Below are positions 20,558 to 30,247 of a stretch of DNA of 64,000 nt, one piece after another. Source of the DNA: Candidatus Binataceae bacterium (lineage in GTDB: Bacteria > Desulfobacterota > Binatia > Binatales > Binataceae); assembly GCA_036521875.1 (NCBI GenBank), contig DATDGX010000019.1, positions 4,019-68,018 on the forward strand. The letters are read 5' to 3'. The first letter of the stretch is position 1, and every line of letters starts with the position of its first letter. A program made the translations under genes and the position numbers. The notes under the pieces were generated by a model. That model worked only from the letters and a program-made list of their open reading frames with translations. It was not told the origin of the DNA and searched no databases.

Positions 20558-21799
20558 TCAGTCAGCGCGCGCCGCGGGCCGCGCGACGATCGTATCCAGC
20601 GCGATGCGGAGACCTTTGCGATCCGCCTCGAAGCTGAAGCGTCCGACGCGCTCCAGGCTCTTCGCGCCCATCGCCGCCGCATGCTCGGGACTGCTGGTGA
20701 GCATCCGCAGCCGGTCCGCAAGCGCGGCGATGTTACCGACCGGAAAGACGAACCCGTTTTCACCCTCCGCAACGAGATCAGGTGCGGCGCCCACCGCGTC
20801 GCTCACGATCACTGGCTTGCCTGCATTCATGACTTCGTTGATGACGAGTCCCCACGGCTCGCGTTCCGCGGGCAGCACGAATACGTCGCACAGATCATAA
20901 ATGGCGGGAAGTTCGGTCTGATTCCTGAAGCCGACACATCGAACCGAACTCCAGCCGAGCTTGCCGGCGCGAGCCTCGAGCGCGGCGCGATCTTCGCCAT
21001 CGCCGACGATCAGCAGATATGGCGCTGGCTCGCCGCGGCCATCGGGGGAGAGCCGCGCGTACGCTTCGAGCAGATCACCGCCGCGTTTCCGGTGCTCGAG
21101 TTTGGAAGCGAACAGGATCACGGGGCGTGCGGGCTCGAGTCCCAGTTCCACACGCAATTGCTCACGACGCGGACGCGCCTGCTCCGCGCGGGCGCGGAAG
21201 AACGCGTTGTCGACCGCGTACGGCATCGGGAACAGGCGCTCCGCCGGCACTCCGTAGCTCCGATAGTAATCGCGATTGAGCGTGCCGATCGTCAGAAACC
21301 CATCGATGGCGCGGAACAACGGAGGCAGCAGGCGCTTCTTCAGGTTGAGCACGATCGGATCGCGGCTCTCGCATTGGGGCTGGGAATCGCCGCGCAGCAA
21401 CACCTTGATTCCGAGCCAGCGCGCGGCGGCGATAGCGCGCAAGCACGCCTGATGCGCATAGCCATGGATCCACAGCGCCTCGATCCCCGCCGCCGCGAGC
21501 CGCTTGCGCAGCCGATACGTCCACGGCCGCCAAAACGAGAGCCGCGCACCGTCACCGACGCAGGGAAGAAATTCAGAGCGGTAACCGTCGAGCAGCGGAA
21601 CGTCCCAGTTGACGTCGATACCGAAGCCGGCATCGCGATAGCGGCGGGTCGATAGATCGCTCAGATAGAAAACCGTCAGATCGATCTCGGGACACGCGGC
21701 GAGAAACCGAAACAGCGGCGCCTGGTACTGGATCGGATGGCTTACCAGGCATCCGACGCGATACGGCGATTCCATTTCGATTTTTCCTGTAAGGAGCAC
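20558..21799 (-). CDS. GT4-family glycosyltransferase
   Basis: 413-aa GT-B protein. The C-terminal region CDVFVLPAEREPWGLVINEVMNAGKPVIVSD is the GT4 signature. Confidence 0.75.
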   Translation of the reverse strand: MLLTGKIEMESPYRVGCLVSHPIQYQAPLFRFLAACPEIDLTVFYLSDLSTRRYRDAGFGIDVNWDVPLLDGYRSEFLPCVGDGARLSFWRPWTYRLRKRLAAAGIEALWIHGYAHQACLRAIAAARWLGIKVLLRGDSQPQCESRDPIVLNLKKRLLPPLFRAIDGFLTIGTLNRDYYRSYGVPAERLFPMPYAVDNAFFRARAEQARPRREQLRVELGLEPARPVILFASKLEHRKRGGDLLEAYARLSPDGRGEPAPYLLIVGDGEDRAALEARAGKLGWSSVRCVGFRNQTELPAIYDLCDVFVLPAEREPWGLVINEVMNAGKPVIVSDAVGAAPDLVAEGENGFVFPVGNIAALADRLRMLTSSPEHAAAMGAKSLERVGRFSFEADRKGLRIALDTIVARPAARAD

Positions 21800-21828
21800 G
21801 CGAGGCGCGGAGCCTTGTCGCGCGCGGT

Positions 21829-23049
21829 CTAGGCTGATCGGCGGGCTTGCCCGGTGCTACCCTGCGAAGGCCTGAGGCCGCGCGACGCCGCGCCGTCCAG
21901 TTCCGCGAGCTTTCGATCGGCCGAGGCGATTACTTCGTCGACCTCGATGAGCTTGATACAGCGATTGTCGTAGGGGCACTTGTCGAGAAAACAGGTGTCA
22001 CAATCCACCGACTTGCGGATCACCACGTGTCCGGAACCATGCGGCCGCCATTTGCCCTTGAAGTCCCGGCACGCGAACAATGAGACGCACGGAGTTCCGA
22101 CCGCCGCCGCGAGGTGCTGCACGCCGGAGTCGTTGCAGATCACCAGTGAGCATCGGCGCAGGACCTCGCACGACTCGAGCAGCGAGGTGCGGCCGGCCAG
22201 GCTCTCCGCCGCGGGACCGATCCCGCGCGCGATCTGCTCGCCGAGCGCGACATCCGACGCGCCACCCAGGATCGCAATCGCGAAGCCCTGACCTTCGAGA
22301 TGGCGGCCCACTTCCACGAAGCGCTCGGCAGGCCATCGGTTTGGCTCGAGCTTGGCGCCTGGCGCCAGTGCGACGAGCGGATGCGACAACCTGGCGCGGT
22401 TCAGCGCTTCGTCCACGGAGCGCACGCGCTCGTCATTGAGCGCGATCGGAAACGAGATCTCTCGCACCGGGATTCCTCCCGCCTCGACAATCGCCGCCAG
22501 CCTCTCGACCTCGTCGGGAAACGCGATGAACTCCGACTGTGCGGCGGCGGCGAGATGCATTCGATCGTATTGCCATCCGAAGCCCCAGCGCGCGCCCGAA
22601 GCCCAGGCTACGATCATGTTTCGAATCAGCGTCGGCAGCGTCGCGGCGACCGCGGGCAATTCGATCCACAGGTCGAAGCGACGCGCTCGCATCGCGCCGA
22701 ACAGCTTGATTCGGCCCGGAACGGTCTCGATGTCTTCGGCGTAGTAGACGAGAATTTCATCGAGCCACTCCGCTCCGTCGAGCAACTCGCGCGCGCCGGT
22801 AAGACCGCGCTTGCCCGGCGAGGTGATGAGCGTGATGCGCGCACGCGGGAATGCCGTTCTCACCGCGTACATCGCGGGGATCGCGCACGCGGCGTCGCCG
22901 ATGTTGCCGATTCGATAGATGCATAGGCGTTCAGGCGTGACCGGTCGCGCCGCCGGCCACAGGCACTTGCAGATGATGCGCAGGAAGACGTTGCTGGCAG
23001 CCCGCAGGAACTGGGCCGCGCTGGCCTGCTGGCGGCGAAACGCCTTCAT
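21829..23049 (-). CDS. GT9-family glycosyltransferase (heptosyltransferase-like) with a Cys-rich C-terminal tail
   Basis: 406 aa. IYRIGNIGDAACAIPAM near the N-terminus and ALAPGAK...RWP / NDSGVQHLAAAVGTPCVSLF are ADP-heptose:LPS heptosyltransferase (RfaC/RfaF) hallmarks. The C-terminus VDCDTCFLDKCPYDNRCI adds a Cys cluster. Confidence 0.7.
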   Translation of the reverse strand: MKAFRRQQASAAQFLRAASNVFLRIICKCLWPAARPVTPERLCIYRIGNIGDAACAIPAMYAVRTAFPRARITLITSPGKRGLTGARELLDGAEWLDEILVYYAEDIETVPGRIKLFGAMRARRFDLWIELPAVAATLPTLIRNMIVAWASGARWGFGWQYDRMHLAAAAQSEFIAFPDEVERLAAIVEAGGIPVREISFPIALNDERVRSVDEALNRARLSHPLVALAPGAKLEPNRWPAERFVEVGRHLEGQGFAIAILGGASDVALGEQIARGIGPAAESLAGRTSLLESCEVLRRCSLVICNDSGVQHLAAAVGTPCVSLFACRDFKGKWRPHGSGHVVIRKSVDCDTCFLDKCPYDNRCIKLIEVDEVIASADRKLAELDGAASRGLRPSQGSTGQARRSA

Positions 23050-23253
23050 TGATTGCGCGGCACGAAGCCGGCGATTGGGCGGGGATTCAAGCTAATTTCC
23101 GCATACTCGTAATGCCGGACTAGTCGCTTGGCGGCGAGGAGCCACCCCTCCTCGACATCAAAATAATGGATGTTCGTGGCAGCGAAGTTCCGGCGCCGGC
23201 CGCGCGACTCCGGACTGAGACTTCGCCGGCGGGCAATGGCTAAAACGAAACCC

Positions 23254-24360
23254 CTACAACTGCGAACGTCGGAGCGGCACGCGGGGATCCTCGGGAAGAT
23301 CGCGGCGCTCGCCCACGGTCCAGGCGGGTTCCGACGCGCGAGGCGGCTCCGGCGCGCGGCTCGCCGCCTCCAGTTGTTCGCGCGCGCGGCGGACGAAATC
23401 GCTAATCACGAAGAAGGCGCACAGCACCACGAAGGTCACCGCGCTTACCAGCGTCGCAGAGTCGCGCGCGATCGGATACGCGGCGTAGTCGGGAACCACG
23501 GGCGGCTCGACGACCTGAAAGGCAAAATCAGATTGCACCTGCGCTATGGTCTCACGCTGTATCTGCCGCGCCATCAACTCGTAGAGTTGCGTCTGCAGCA
23601 GCGCGTCGGAAGTCTTGCGGATCTCGTCCTGGAGCGAAGTGGCGACGCTGGCGGCGCTCTGAACTTCCTCGTTGCGCAACTGGTCGCGCAGACTGTCGAG
23701 GTAGTAGCCGAGGATTCGCTGCGCCTGGGCCGGATCCGGATCGACGAAATAGACGGTCATGTTGCCGCTGCGAAAATCGAATTCCGAGGTCAGGCGACCG
23801 GTTATCATCCGATGCAAGGTCCAGTGCGAGACTGGTGGCCCGACTTGAGGTCCGCCTGCGATGTTTTGCGTCAGATGGTAGCGCTTCATGAGCGCGCTGG
23901 TGAACGCGTAGCTGGTCATGATCGCCTTGTCGCGTTCCGCCATCGTCGCTGCGTCACTGGAGCCACCCATCGACATCAGCGAGGCGAGCCCGCTGGTGAC
24001 GCCGTCGAACGGGCCGCTCATGCTCATGCCGCCCATCGCGGAGGCGGGATTGATCGGCGTAATGACTGCCTGCGCGCGATACCACTTTTGCGTGAAGTAC
24101 TTGGTATAGAGTCCCGCCGCGAGTCCGAGGCCGATGGTCACGGACACGATCAGAATCCAACGCGCGCGCAGCAGCCCGACGTAATGCAGAATCTGCAGCG
24201 CGGTGTGCTGCGACTCGGTCAGGTGAACCGGACTCGCGCGGCCGTTGTCATAGACCGCGTTGGGGGCAAGCTCTATCGCCTGCCCATTAACTTTGGGCGA
24301 ATCCATTTGTGAAATGCGGCCCGCAGGCCAGCGGCTCAGTGCCAGACGATGCTTGGCCAC
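23254..24360 (-). CDS. Wzz/polysaccharide co-polymerase (PCP) chain-length determinant, no kinase domain
   Basis: 368 aa with two TM helices (LLRARWILIVSVTIGLGLAAGL near the N-terminus; SAVTFVVLCAFFVISDFV near the C-terminus). They flank a periplasmic coiled-coil region, the PCP topology. Confidence 0.6.
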   Translation of the reverse strand: MAKHRLALSRWPAGRISQMDSPKVNGQAIELAPNAVYDNGRASPVHLTESQHTALQILHYVGLLRARWILIVSVTIGLGLAAGLYTKYFTQKWYRAQAVITPINPASAMGGMSMSGPFDGVTSGLASLMSMGGSSDAATMAERDKAIMTSYAFTSALMKRYHLTQNIAGGPQVGPPVSHWTLHRMITGRLTSEFDFRSGNMTVYFVDPDPAQAQRILGYYLDSLRDQLRNEEVQSAASVATSLQDEIRKTSDALLQTQLYELMARQIQRETIAQVQSDFAFQVVEPPVVPDYAAYPIARDSATLVSAVTFVVLCAFFVISDFVRRAREQLEAASRAPEPPRASEPAWTVGERRDLPEDPRVPLRRSQL

Positions 24361-26027
24361 GCGGGCGTGACGCCCAACGTAAGCTGGAAGATTCCTTGCA
24401 GCGTGTGTCCGTTCGTGTAATTGAGGTCGCTGACGTACGCGATGCCGGCGCGACCTTTAATTTCGGCCAGAGAATCGACCACCGTGTGCATCTCGAACGG
24501 GAGATTGAGGAAATCGAGCGTTGCCCCGAAGGTCTGCTCATTATTCCTCGGCGACGGAACGCCGAGCAAGCCGTGCGGATTTCGAATTGTGTAGAACGCG
24601 TCGAGGTCGAGCTTGGTGCGATAGTTGAACCATCGTCCGACCGCGAAGTTGACCTGCCACGCGCCGGGGCCGAGTGCGTCGCCCATCAGCCGGTTGTCAT
24701 ACGTCCAGTACAAGGAGTCGCTGTGGGTGGAATAGTTCTGATCGGTTTTGGTCCACTCGAAGCGCGCGGTGGTAAGGCCGTCGGCAGTCACTTCGGGCAC
24801 GTAGATGCCCGCGATGTAGGAGGGCGACTTGAATGGAGTCTTGATAGGGATGCTCTTGCCGAATGGCTGGAAAAAGTCCTCGCCGAGATCTTCGAAGTAG
24901 AACTGCGTCATTCGGAACTTCTGCAGAGTGTATTTCAGGTAGACGCTCAGGCGCGAGTTGGTATTCGCTCCCGTCGGATTGCCGGTGTCGAATCCGGTCG
25001 CGCGTCCGAGAAAGCCAAGCGCATTGTAATTGTTGTTGCCGACGCCACCGAACATGATGTTGTGGGTTACGCCCCACTCAAAGGACGGCAACGGCTTGAA
25101 GCTCAGTATCTGGCCGTCCATCCACGGCTTCGAGAACTGTCGTCCCGAGTCGAGCTGGCCAAAGAACGCTTGCCACCGGAACAAGCCCAGGTAACGCAGG
25201 ATGCCCGGCAGATGACCCGGGTGGACGTTCTGTGCGCGGAGCGCGGGGAACGGCAGCGCATTGTTGGTTTGCGAGAGTTGCCCGAACTGACCCACTCCCC
25301 AATCCATTTCTTCCTGTCCGAACGAAACCGCGACGTTTCCGAAATCAGCCACCACCGCGCCGGTGATGAGCTGGGTTCGGCTTAATATGCGCGGATCGTG
25401 GCTAAGGCCGCCGGCAATCGCACCCTCGCCGTAGCCAGTGATGAAGCTGCCAACTCCCATCCATCCGGACCATCGGGCCGCCTCGTTGTTGCCGCTTACG
25501 GTCGGGAGGTCGTTGTTATAAGGAAGCAGGGGAGTTCCTTCCTGATAGCTGATTCCCTCGCTGGGATTGTGGAGATCGGTGCGCCTGCCGTTCGAGTAGA
25601 CGTAGCTGAGCTCTGCGCGCTGGACCGGGTGAATCATGGTCGGCAGCCCGTCTTCCTGGTCATTCTCGACCCAGCCAATTTCCTCGGCGAGTTGCTCCCT
25701 AAGCGACGAAATTATTTTGCGCACCAGCGGATTGGTGTTGGGACTTTGGGAGAATTTAGCGCCGGCCTCTGCCGTAAGCCGCGCCGCCTCGACGCGGCTG
25801 ATGGGTTTGATCTCGGGAAGATAGCTGTCCAGCATCCCGAGCCCGTTGAGCGTGTCGAGCTCATCGTAGATCGGGCTGTCGAGCGGGATATAGACGACGT
25901 AAGTTGAGGCCTGTGCGCGAACGGCCGCAAGGATCACGAACAACGCAGCGAGCACCGCAGAAAGCACGCGCACGCTCTGCTGGCGTAAGTGCTTAATGCG
26001 TCTCATCGGCGTATCCCGGGACAGCAT
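24336..26027 (-). CDS. Wzi-family outer-membrane capsule-assembly protein
   Basis: 563 aa with a signal peptide, then the Wzi-typical helical N-domain (LDSPIYDELDTLNGLGMLDSYLPEIKPISRVEAARL). A long beta-strand-rich region with aromatic-terminated strands follows. Confidence 0.65.
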   Translation of the reverse strand: MLSRDTPMRRIKHLRQQSVRVLSAVLAALFVILAAVRAQASTYVVYIPLDSPIYDELDTLNGLGMLDSYLPEIKPISRVEAARLTAEAGAKFSQSPNTNPLVRKIISSLREQLAEEIGWVENDQEDGLPTMIHPVQRAELSYVYSNGRRTDLHNPSEGISYQEGTPLLPYNNDLPTVSGNNEAARWSGWMGVGSFITGYGEGAIAGGLSHDPRILSRTQLITGAVVADFGNVAVSFGQEEMDWGVGQFGQLSQTNNALPFPALRAQNVHPGHLPGILRYLGLFRWQAFFGQLDSGRQFSKPWMDGQILSFKPLPSFEWGVTHNIMFGGVGNNNYNALGFLGRATGFDTGNPTGANTNSRLSVYLKYTLQKFRMTQFYFEDLGEDFFQPFGKSIPIKTPFKSPSYIAGIYVPEVTADGLTTARFEWTKTDQNYSTHSDSLYWTYDNRLMGDALGPGAWQVNFAVGRWFNYRTKLDLDAFYTIRNPHGLLGVPSPRNNEQTFGATLDFLNLPFEMHTVVDSLAEIKGRAGIAYVSDLNYTNGHTLQGIFQLTLGVTPAWPSIVWH

Positions 26028-26724
26028 CGGCTTGTTCGCGGCTTATTGCCAGCGCTCGCAGGCGCTGAATTTCGGTGAGCTTCTCGATCGGATCCTGCTC
26101 GCGCATCACCACCGGCTCCGGCGCGGGCTCGAGAGCCCTGATCCGATTGGCAAGCGCGCTCTGCGCGTCCCCGAAGAGATAAGTTACCAGCACCTTGCGG
26201 ACATAGTGCCGGGTTTCAGCATAAGGAGGGATGCCGCCGTACTTGTCGACAGCGCCTTCGCCCGCGTTGTACGCCGCGAGAACTTCCGGAAGGCTCAGCG
26301 CGCCGTCGCCGCGCGCGAGCCGATACTGGCGCAGAAAATTAAGGAATCGCGCGGCCCCAAGTGTATTGCTCACCGGGTCGAGCGGATCGAGGATGCCGAA
26401 GCGCATCGCGGTCCCCGGCATCAACTGCATGAGACCCTCGGCGCCCTTGGGCGAGACCGCGTTGATATTGCCACCCGACTCGACCGAGGCGATGGCCGCG
26501 AGCAAATCCGGATCGAGGCTGTAGAGGCGGCCGACCGCGCCCAAGAGGCGCTGCGTATCGACGCGCTGAGCGTGGACGCGTTCGCGATGCGCCGCTGGGG
26601 TGGCTTGCGCGAGCGCTACAGCGCCCGGGGTGAGAGCGAACCACGCAATCGCGAGCAACGCTGCCGTGCGTGTGATCAAAGCGTCGTCACTACAGGTTCG
26701 TTGCCAGGAGTCCCACCACTGCAA
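25993..26724 (-). CDS. SLT-domain lytic transglycosylase
   Basis: 243 aa with a signal peptide and the catalytic-Glu motif LLAAIASVESGGNINAVSPKGAEGLMQLMPGTA of family-1 lytic transglycosylases. Confidence 0.75.
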   Translation of the reverse strand: MQWWDSWQRTCSDDALITRTAALLAIAWFALTPGAVALAQATPAAHRERVHAQRVDTQRLLGAVGRLYSLDPDLLAAIASVESGGNINAVSPKGAEGLMQLMPGTAMRFGILDPLDPVSNTLGAARFLNFLRQYRLARGDGALSLPEVLAAYNAGEGAVDKYGGIPPYAETRHYVRKVLVTYLFGDAQSALANRIRALEPAPEPVVMREQDPIEKLTEIQRLRALAISREQADAVPGYADETH

Positions 26725-29700
26725 GCGCGGTCGCGGCGTTTGCGACTATTTGTGCGATCGTCGCCGTCTCCTGCAGCTTGTTCACATAGACCAATCTCTC
26801 GGGAACGTAAACTGTATCGCCGGGGTCCAGCTTCGCGGTCATCAGCCCGCCTGAGATCACAGGCAACAGCGGGAACATGGTCGACTGCTTGCTTGCCTTG
26901 ATGCCATCTTCGGTTAGCACCGAGCCGTCGGCCTTGATGACCATGATGTGATCCGGATCGGCGCCCTCGTTCGGGCCGCCCGCCTGCTCAAGGTAATCGC
27001 GGGTGCTGAGTCCCGGACGAAATACGATCGCGTTGGGACTGTAAACCTGGCCGAGTACATTGACGGCGGCGGGCCGGCGGGGAATCAGCAACTGATCCTG
27101 ATCGTTCATCGCCACGTTGTCGGGCGAGTTGGCGAGCTCATCGAGCGGACGCATGTGGATGACCAGGCGGCCTTGCGCCTGCTGGTTCTGGGTGTCGCTG
27201 AGCACCTTTTCCATGGTGGCGATTGCCTCGGGACTATTCATCATGTTCTTGCTCTGGTCACTGCCCGACTGCATCGCCGCAGTTGAGGTCTTCATCTGCG
27301 CGCGGAGAATCGCTTCCTGGAGGCGATGGCGCGCCTCGTCGAGGCGCTGCTGCTGCAGCTCCTTTATCGACTGGCGAATCAGAACCGTGGCGGGCAGGTA
27401 GGCCTCGGGCAGCAGTCCGCCCGCGCGCTCGAGCAGCGACGCGATCCGCTCACCGTCGTGAATCGTGTAAGGTCCCGGCCGCGCCACTTCGCCCCTGACT
27501 GTCACGACCCACGGCAGATGCCAGTTCGAGGCGCGCCGCACGAAGATCTGATCGTTCGCGACCAGCAATGGGTTGTGCACGTCGGAGCCGTTCAACGCCG
27601 CGAGCAGATCGATATCCTCGAAAGTGTGGCTGGTGGTCGCGCCGTTGACGACCTGCGTACGCGCGAGCTCGGCCAACTTCTGATAAGCATCGTCTTTGAG
27701 TCCGCCTGCGAGGTAGACCAGATCGCTCACCCTCATTCCCTGGCTGAGCACGTAGTAGCCGGGATTGCGGACCTCGCCGAAGACCTCGACCGTCGGCAGA
27801 TACTTCATCTGCGACTCGCCGAAGACGGTGAGCTCGTCTTCCTGGAATAACGCGATATTGTCCGGACCCGCGAGATGATCGGACAGTGCCTCTCCGAGAT
27901 CGACCGGCACCAGCTTGGTGGTTTTCTCCGGTCCTTCCTTGCGCCGCACCAACGCGTACTTGAAGAACGTATGCGGCGCGACGCCTTCGGCTTCGGCGAC
28001 CAGATCGCCGATTCGCATCCCCGGGTGCCACTGATATTTGCCGGGCCGGTTCACGTTCCCGCGCACCATCACGATGTCGTGCTCGACCGGCAGCACCGGG
28101 TAAACCTTGATCAGATCGCCGTCGCGGATGTCGAAGCGTTGCGAGCGCAGCTCGCTGAGATCGACGTCGAGCGCGATGCGCTTTTCGTGGTTCTCGACGC
28201 GCTCGACTTGCACGCGTTGCGAATAGCCGAATGCGCTGATTCCTCCTGCCAGGCGGACTACGCTTCCCAGCGTCTCTCCGGAGCGGCTTATCTCGTAGAT
28301 GGCCGGCCGCTTCACGTCACCGATTACGCCGGCCACCGGTCCGATGACCGGCACGAAAATCACATCGCCGGCCTGGAGCTGCTCGTCACCCTCGGTGTTG
28401 CCGTTGAGCAGCAGCCCGTACAGGTCGACCACCTTCACCAGTTGATTTCCGCGCCGCAGCTCGATTCGCCGCAGGCTTCCTATCTTGGTGATACCGCCGG
28501 AAGCGGCGAGCGCGTTAGAGACGTGCGAAAGCGCGCTCACCGTTAGGGCGCCCGGCTGCTCGACTTCACCCACCACGAACACCTGGATGGTCCTGAGCTT
28601 GCCCATCGTGACGTCGACCTTGACGCCGGTGATTTGCCCCGCGCGATCCTCGATCAGCTTCTTGGTCTCGTCGAAGGTAAGGCCGGCGACCTGCAGCGGG
28701 CCGATCTCGGGAATCAGCACGGAGCCGTCACGCCCGACGGTCAGATTGAGGGTGTTGTTGATGCGCCCCCACATCAGCATCTTGAGCTGGTCATCGGGGC
28801 CGATCATGTAGTCGCGTCCGACCGGAACGTTGCCGACCGGCGCCAACGCCGACATGCGCGAGGCGAACATCGAGTAGCCGAACTGCCCCAAGGTGCGCGT
28901 GCTGGGTGCGGTCGGCGCCATGCCCGAGCCGAGCGAGCGGAAGTTCTGTTCGATAGACGAGACGGCCTGCTCGCGCATCATCACGCCAGGTGCCGCCGTC
29001 GTCGCCGGCGCGCTGTTCGGGCCGTTCTCGGGCTGGGTAAGTTGGGTGCAGCTCTTCAGCTGGTTCAACTGCTGCTCGGTGAAGGAGAGCCCGAGCGAGC
29101 GTGCGACCGCAGCGATATCGTTGGGGCCGAGTTGCTTGGCCGCGAGATGGAGACATAGCTCCTGGATGTCGTCGGGCGAAAGCGATCCCGACGCCATCTG
29201 ATTCTTGAGCGCACTCAACTCATCGGACGAGATGCCGAACTGCTGCATCATCTGCGAGATCGATCCCAGCGACTGCCCGTTGAGCGAAGCGCCGAACCCC
29301 TGACCGGCGCCCATTCCCATTCCGGAGCCCGGGCCCTGCGTTCCACCGAGTGTGGAAGGACCAGCAGAGGTGGTTATCGGTTGTCCGTTTTGTTGTTGTT
29401 GGTCACCTTGCTGCTGCGGTAATTGCTGCGAACCCTCTTGATTCTGATTCTGCGGGCAGGGTGGCAGTTGCGCGCCATCGGGGCCAACCGAGTTGTCGCC
29501 GGGATTTGCGCAGGCGCCGTTGCCGGCGACGAAGTCTCCCGCCTGCGGAATTTGCTGCGGTGCGGCGCCACCCATGTTCGCGGCGGTTGCCGGCGCCGGG
29601 TTCCCTGAGAGTCCGCCCCGGCCACCCGAGAGGTCGTTTTGGGCGAGCGCCACCGTCGCGACCATCAGCATGCCGCCGACCACTATCAGCGTGCGGAATG

Positions 29701-29731
29701 ACAATACTTTCTGTTTAATAATGCTATGCAT
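26690..29731 (-). CDS. Wza-like periplasmic/outer-membrane polysaccharide export protein (Poly_export plus multiple SLBB domains) with a ~300-aa Q/G/P-rich low-complexity N-terminal extension
   Basis: 1013 aa. A signal peptide is followed by a Q/G-rich disordered region, then PES-motif Poly_export (YMIGPDDQLKMLMWGR) and at least four SLBB repeats (GDVIFVP..., GDLIKVY..., NDQIFVRR..., GDTVYVPE). A C-terminal TM helix is present. Confidence 0.8.
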   Translation of the reverse strand: MHSIIKQKVLSFRTLIVVGGMLMVATVALAQNDLSGGRGGLSGNPAPATAANMGGAAPQQIPQAGDFVAGNGACANPGDNSVGPDGAQLPPCPQNQNQEGSQQLPQQQGDQQQQNGQPITTSAGPSTLGGTQGPGSGMGMGAGQGFGASLNGQSLGSISQMMQQFGISSDELSALKNQMASGSLSPDDIQELCLHLAAKQLGPNDIAAVARSLGLSFTEQQLNQLKSCTQLTQPENGPNSAPATTAAPGVMMREQAVSSIEQNFRSLGSGMAPTAPSTRTLGQFGYSMFASRMSALAPVGNVPVGRDYMIGPDDQLKMLMWGRINNTLNLTVGRDGSVLIPEIGPLQVAGLTFDETKKLIEDRAGQITGVKVDVTMGKLRTIQVFVVGEVEQPGALTVSALSHVSNALAASGGITKIGSLRRIELRRGNQLVKVVDLYGLLLNGNTEGDEQLQAGDVIFVPVIGPVAGVIGDVKRPAIYEISRSGETLGSVVRLAGGISAFGYSQRVQVERVENHEKRIALDVDLSELRSQRFDIRDGDLIKVYPVLPVEHDIVMVRGNVNRPGKYQWHPGMRIGDLVAEAEGVAPHTFFKYALVRRKEGPEKTTKLVPVDLGEALSDHLAGPDNIALFQEDELTVFGESQMKYLPTVEVFGEVRNPGYYVLSQGMRVSDLVYLAGGLKDDAYQKLAELARTQVVNGATTSHTFEDIDLLAALNGSDVHNPLLVANDQIFVRRASNWHLPWVVTVRGEVARPGPYTIHDGERIASLLERAGGLLPEAYLPATVLIRQSIKELQQQRLDEARHRLQEAILRAQMKTSTAAMQSGSDQSKNMMNSPEAIATMEKVLSDTQNQQAQGRLVIHMRPLDELANSPDNVAMNDQDQLLIPRRPAAVNVLGQVYSPNAIVFRPGLSTRDYLEQAGGPNEGADPDHIMVIKADGSVLTEDGIKASKQSTMFPLLPVISGGLMTAKLDPGDTVYVPERLVYVNKLQETATIAQIVANAATALAVVGLLATNL

Positions 29732-30041
29732 GGTAGGATAGCCTGTAACTACGACTAGCCTCGCTTAAACTTCCGCTCACTGCCGGACGTGGCTCGGGAT
29801 CGCCAAAAATAATCAGCTTATCGGCCATAAGAAGGGCCCCTATATAAGTTAGCGCAGAATATCGGATCGCCATTCCAATCAGGCGCGCGTCCGCCATCCC
29901 GTTCAATCAGGAAAAGGTTGTGGACAGGAGCATTTCTCCCTCTGCAGCGACCCGATTCTACGTTCTCGCTCTGCCCGGCGGGAACACTAAAATTAACCTG
30001 TTCTCGCTTATGCTTAATTCAGTTCAGAACCCCGAAGGCGT

Positions 30042-30070
30042 CATATAACACGCTATATACTCAAGGATCA
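30042..30070 (-). promoter_or_regulatory. putative sigma70 promoter for the Wza-led export/biosynthesis operon, giving a ~300-nt leader
   Basis: On the minus strand, TTGATC (plus 30070-30065), a 17-nt spacer, and TTATAT (plus 30047-30042). These lie in a locally AT-rich 515-bp gap upstream of wza. Confidence 0.3.
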
Positions 30071-30247
30071 AGAAATCATACCACGCTGAAGATTCTTTTC
30101 GGCGAGTAGCTAAAGCCCATGCCAGTGATAGGCCCGCGAATCAAAGCCGGTGGCATTTCGGCTGCGCTTCATCTTTATCGGGAGACGCCTTCGGGGAGAA
30201 ATTTGGACCCCGCAACCGTCCGTTACGGCGGTCAGGATGTCGACCGG

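Noticed and set aside
23170-25385. Plus-strand ORFs of 380 and 358 aa antisense to wzz and wzi
   Set aside because: Shadow ORFs. The minus-strand products show TM topology and Wzi motifs, whereas these show none.
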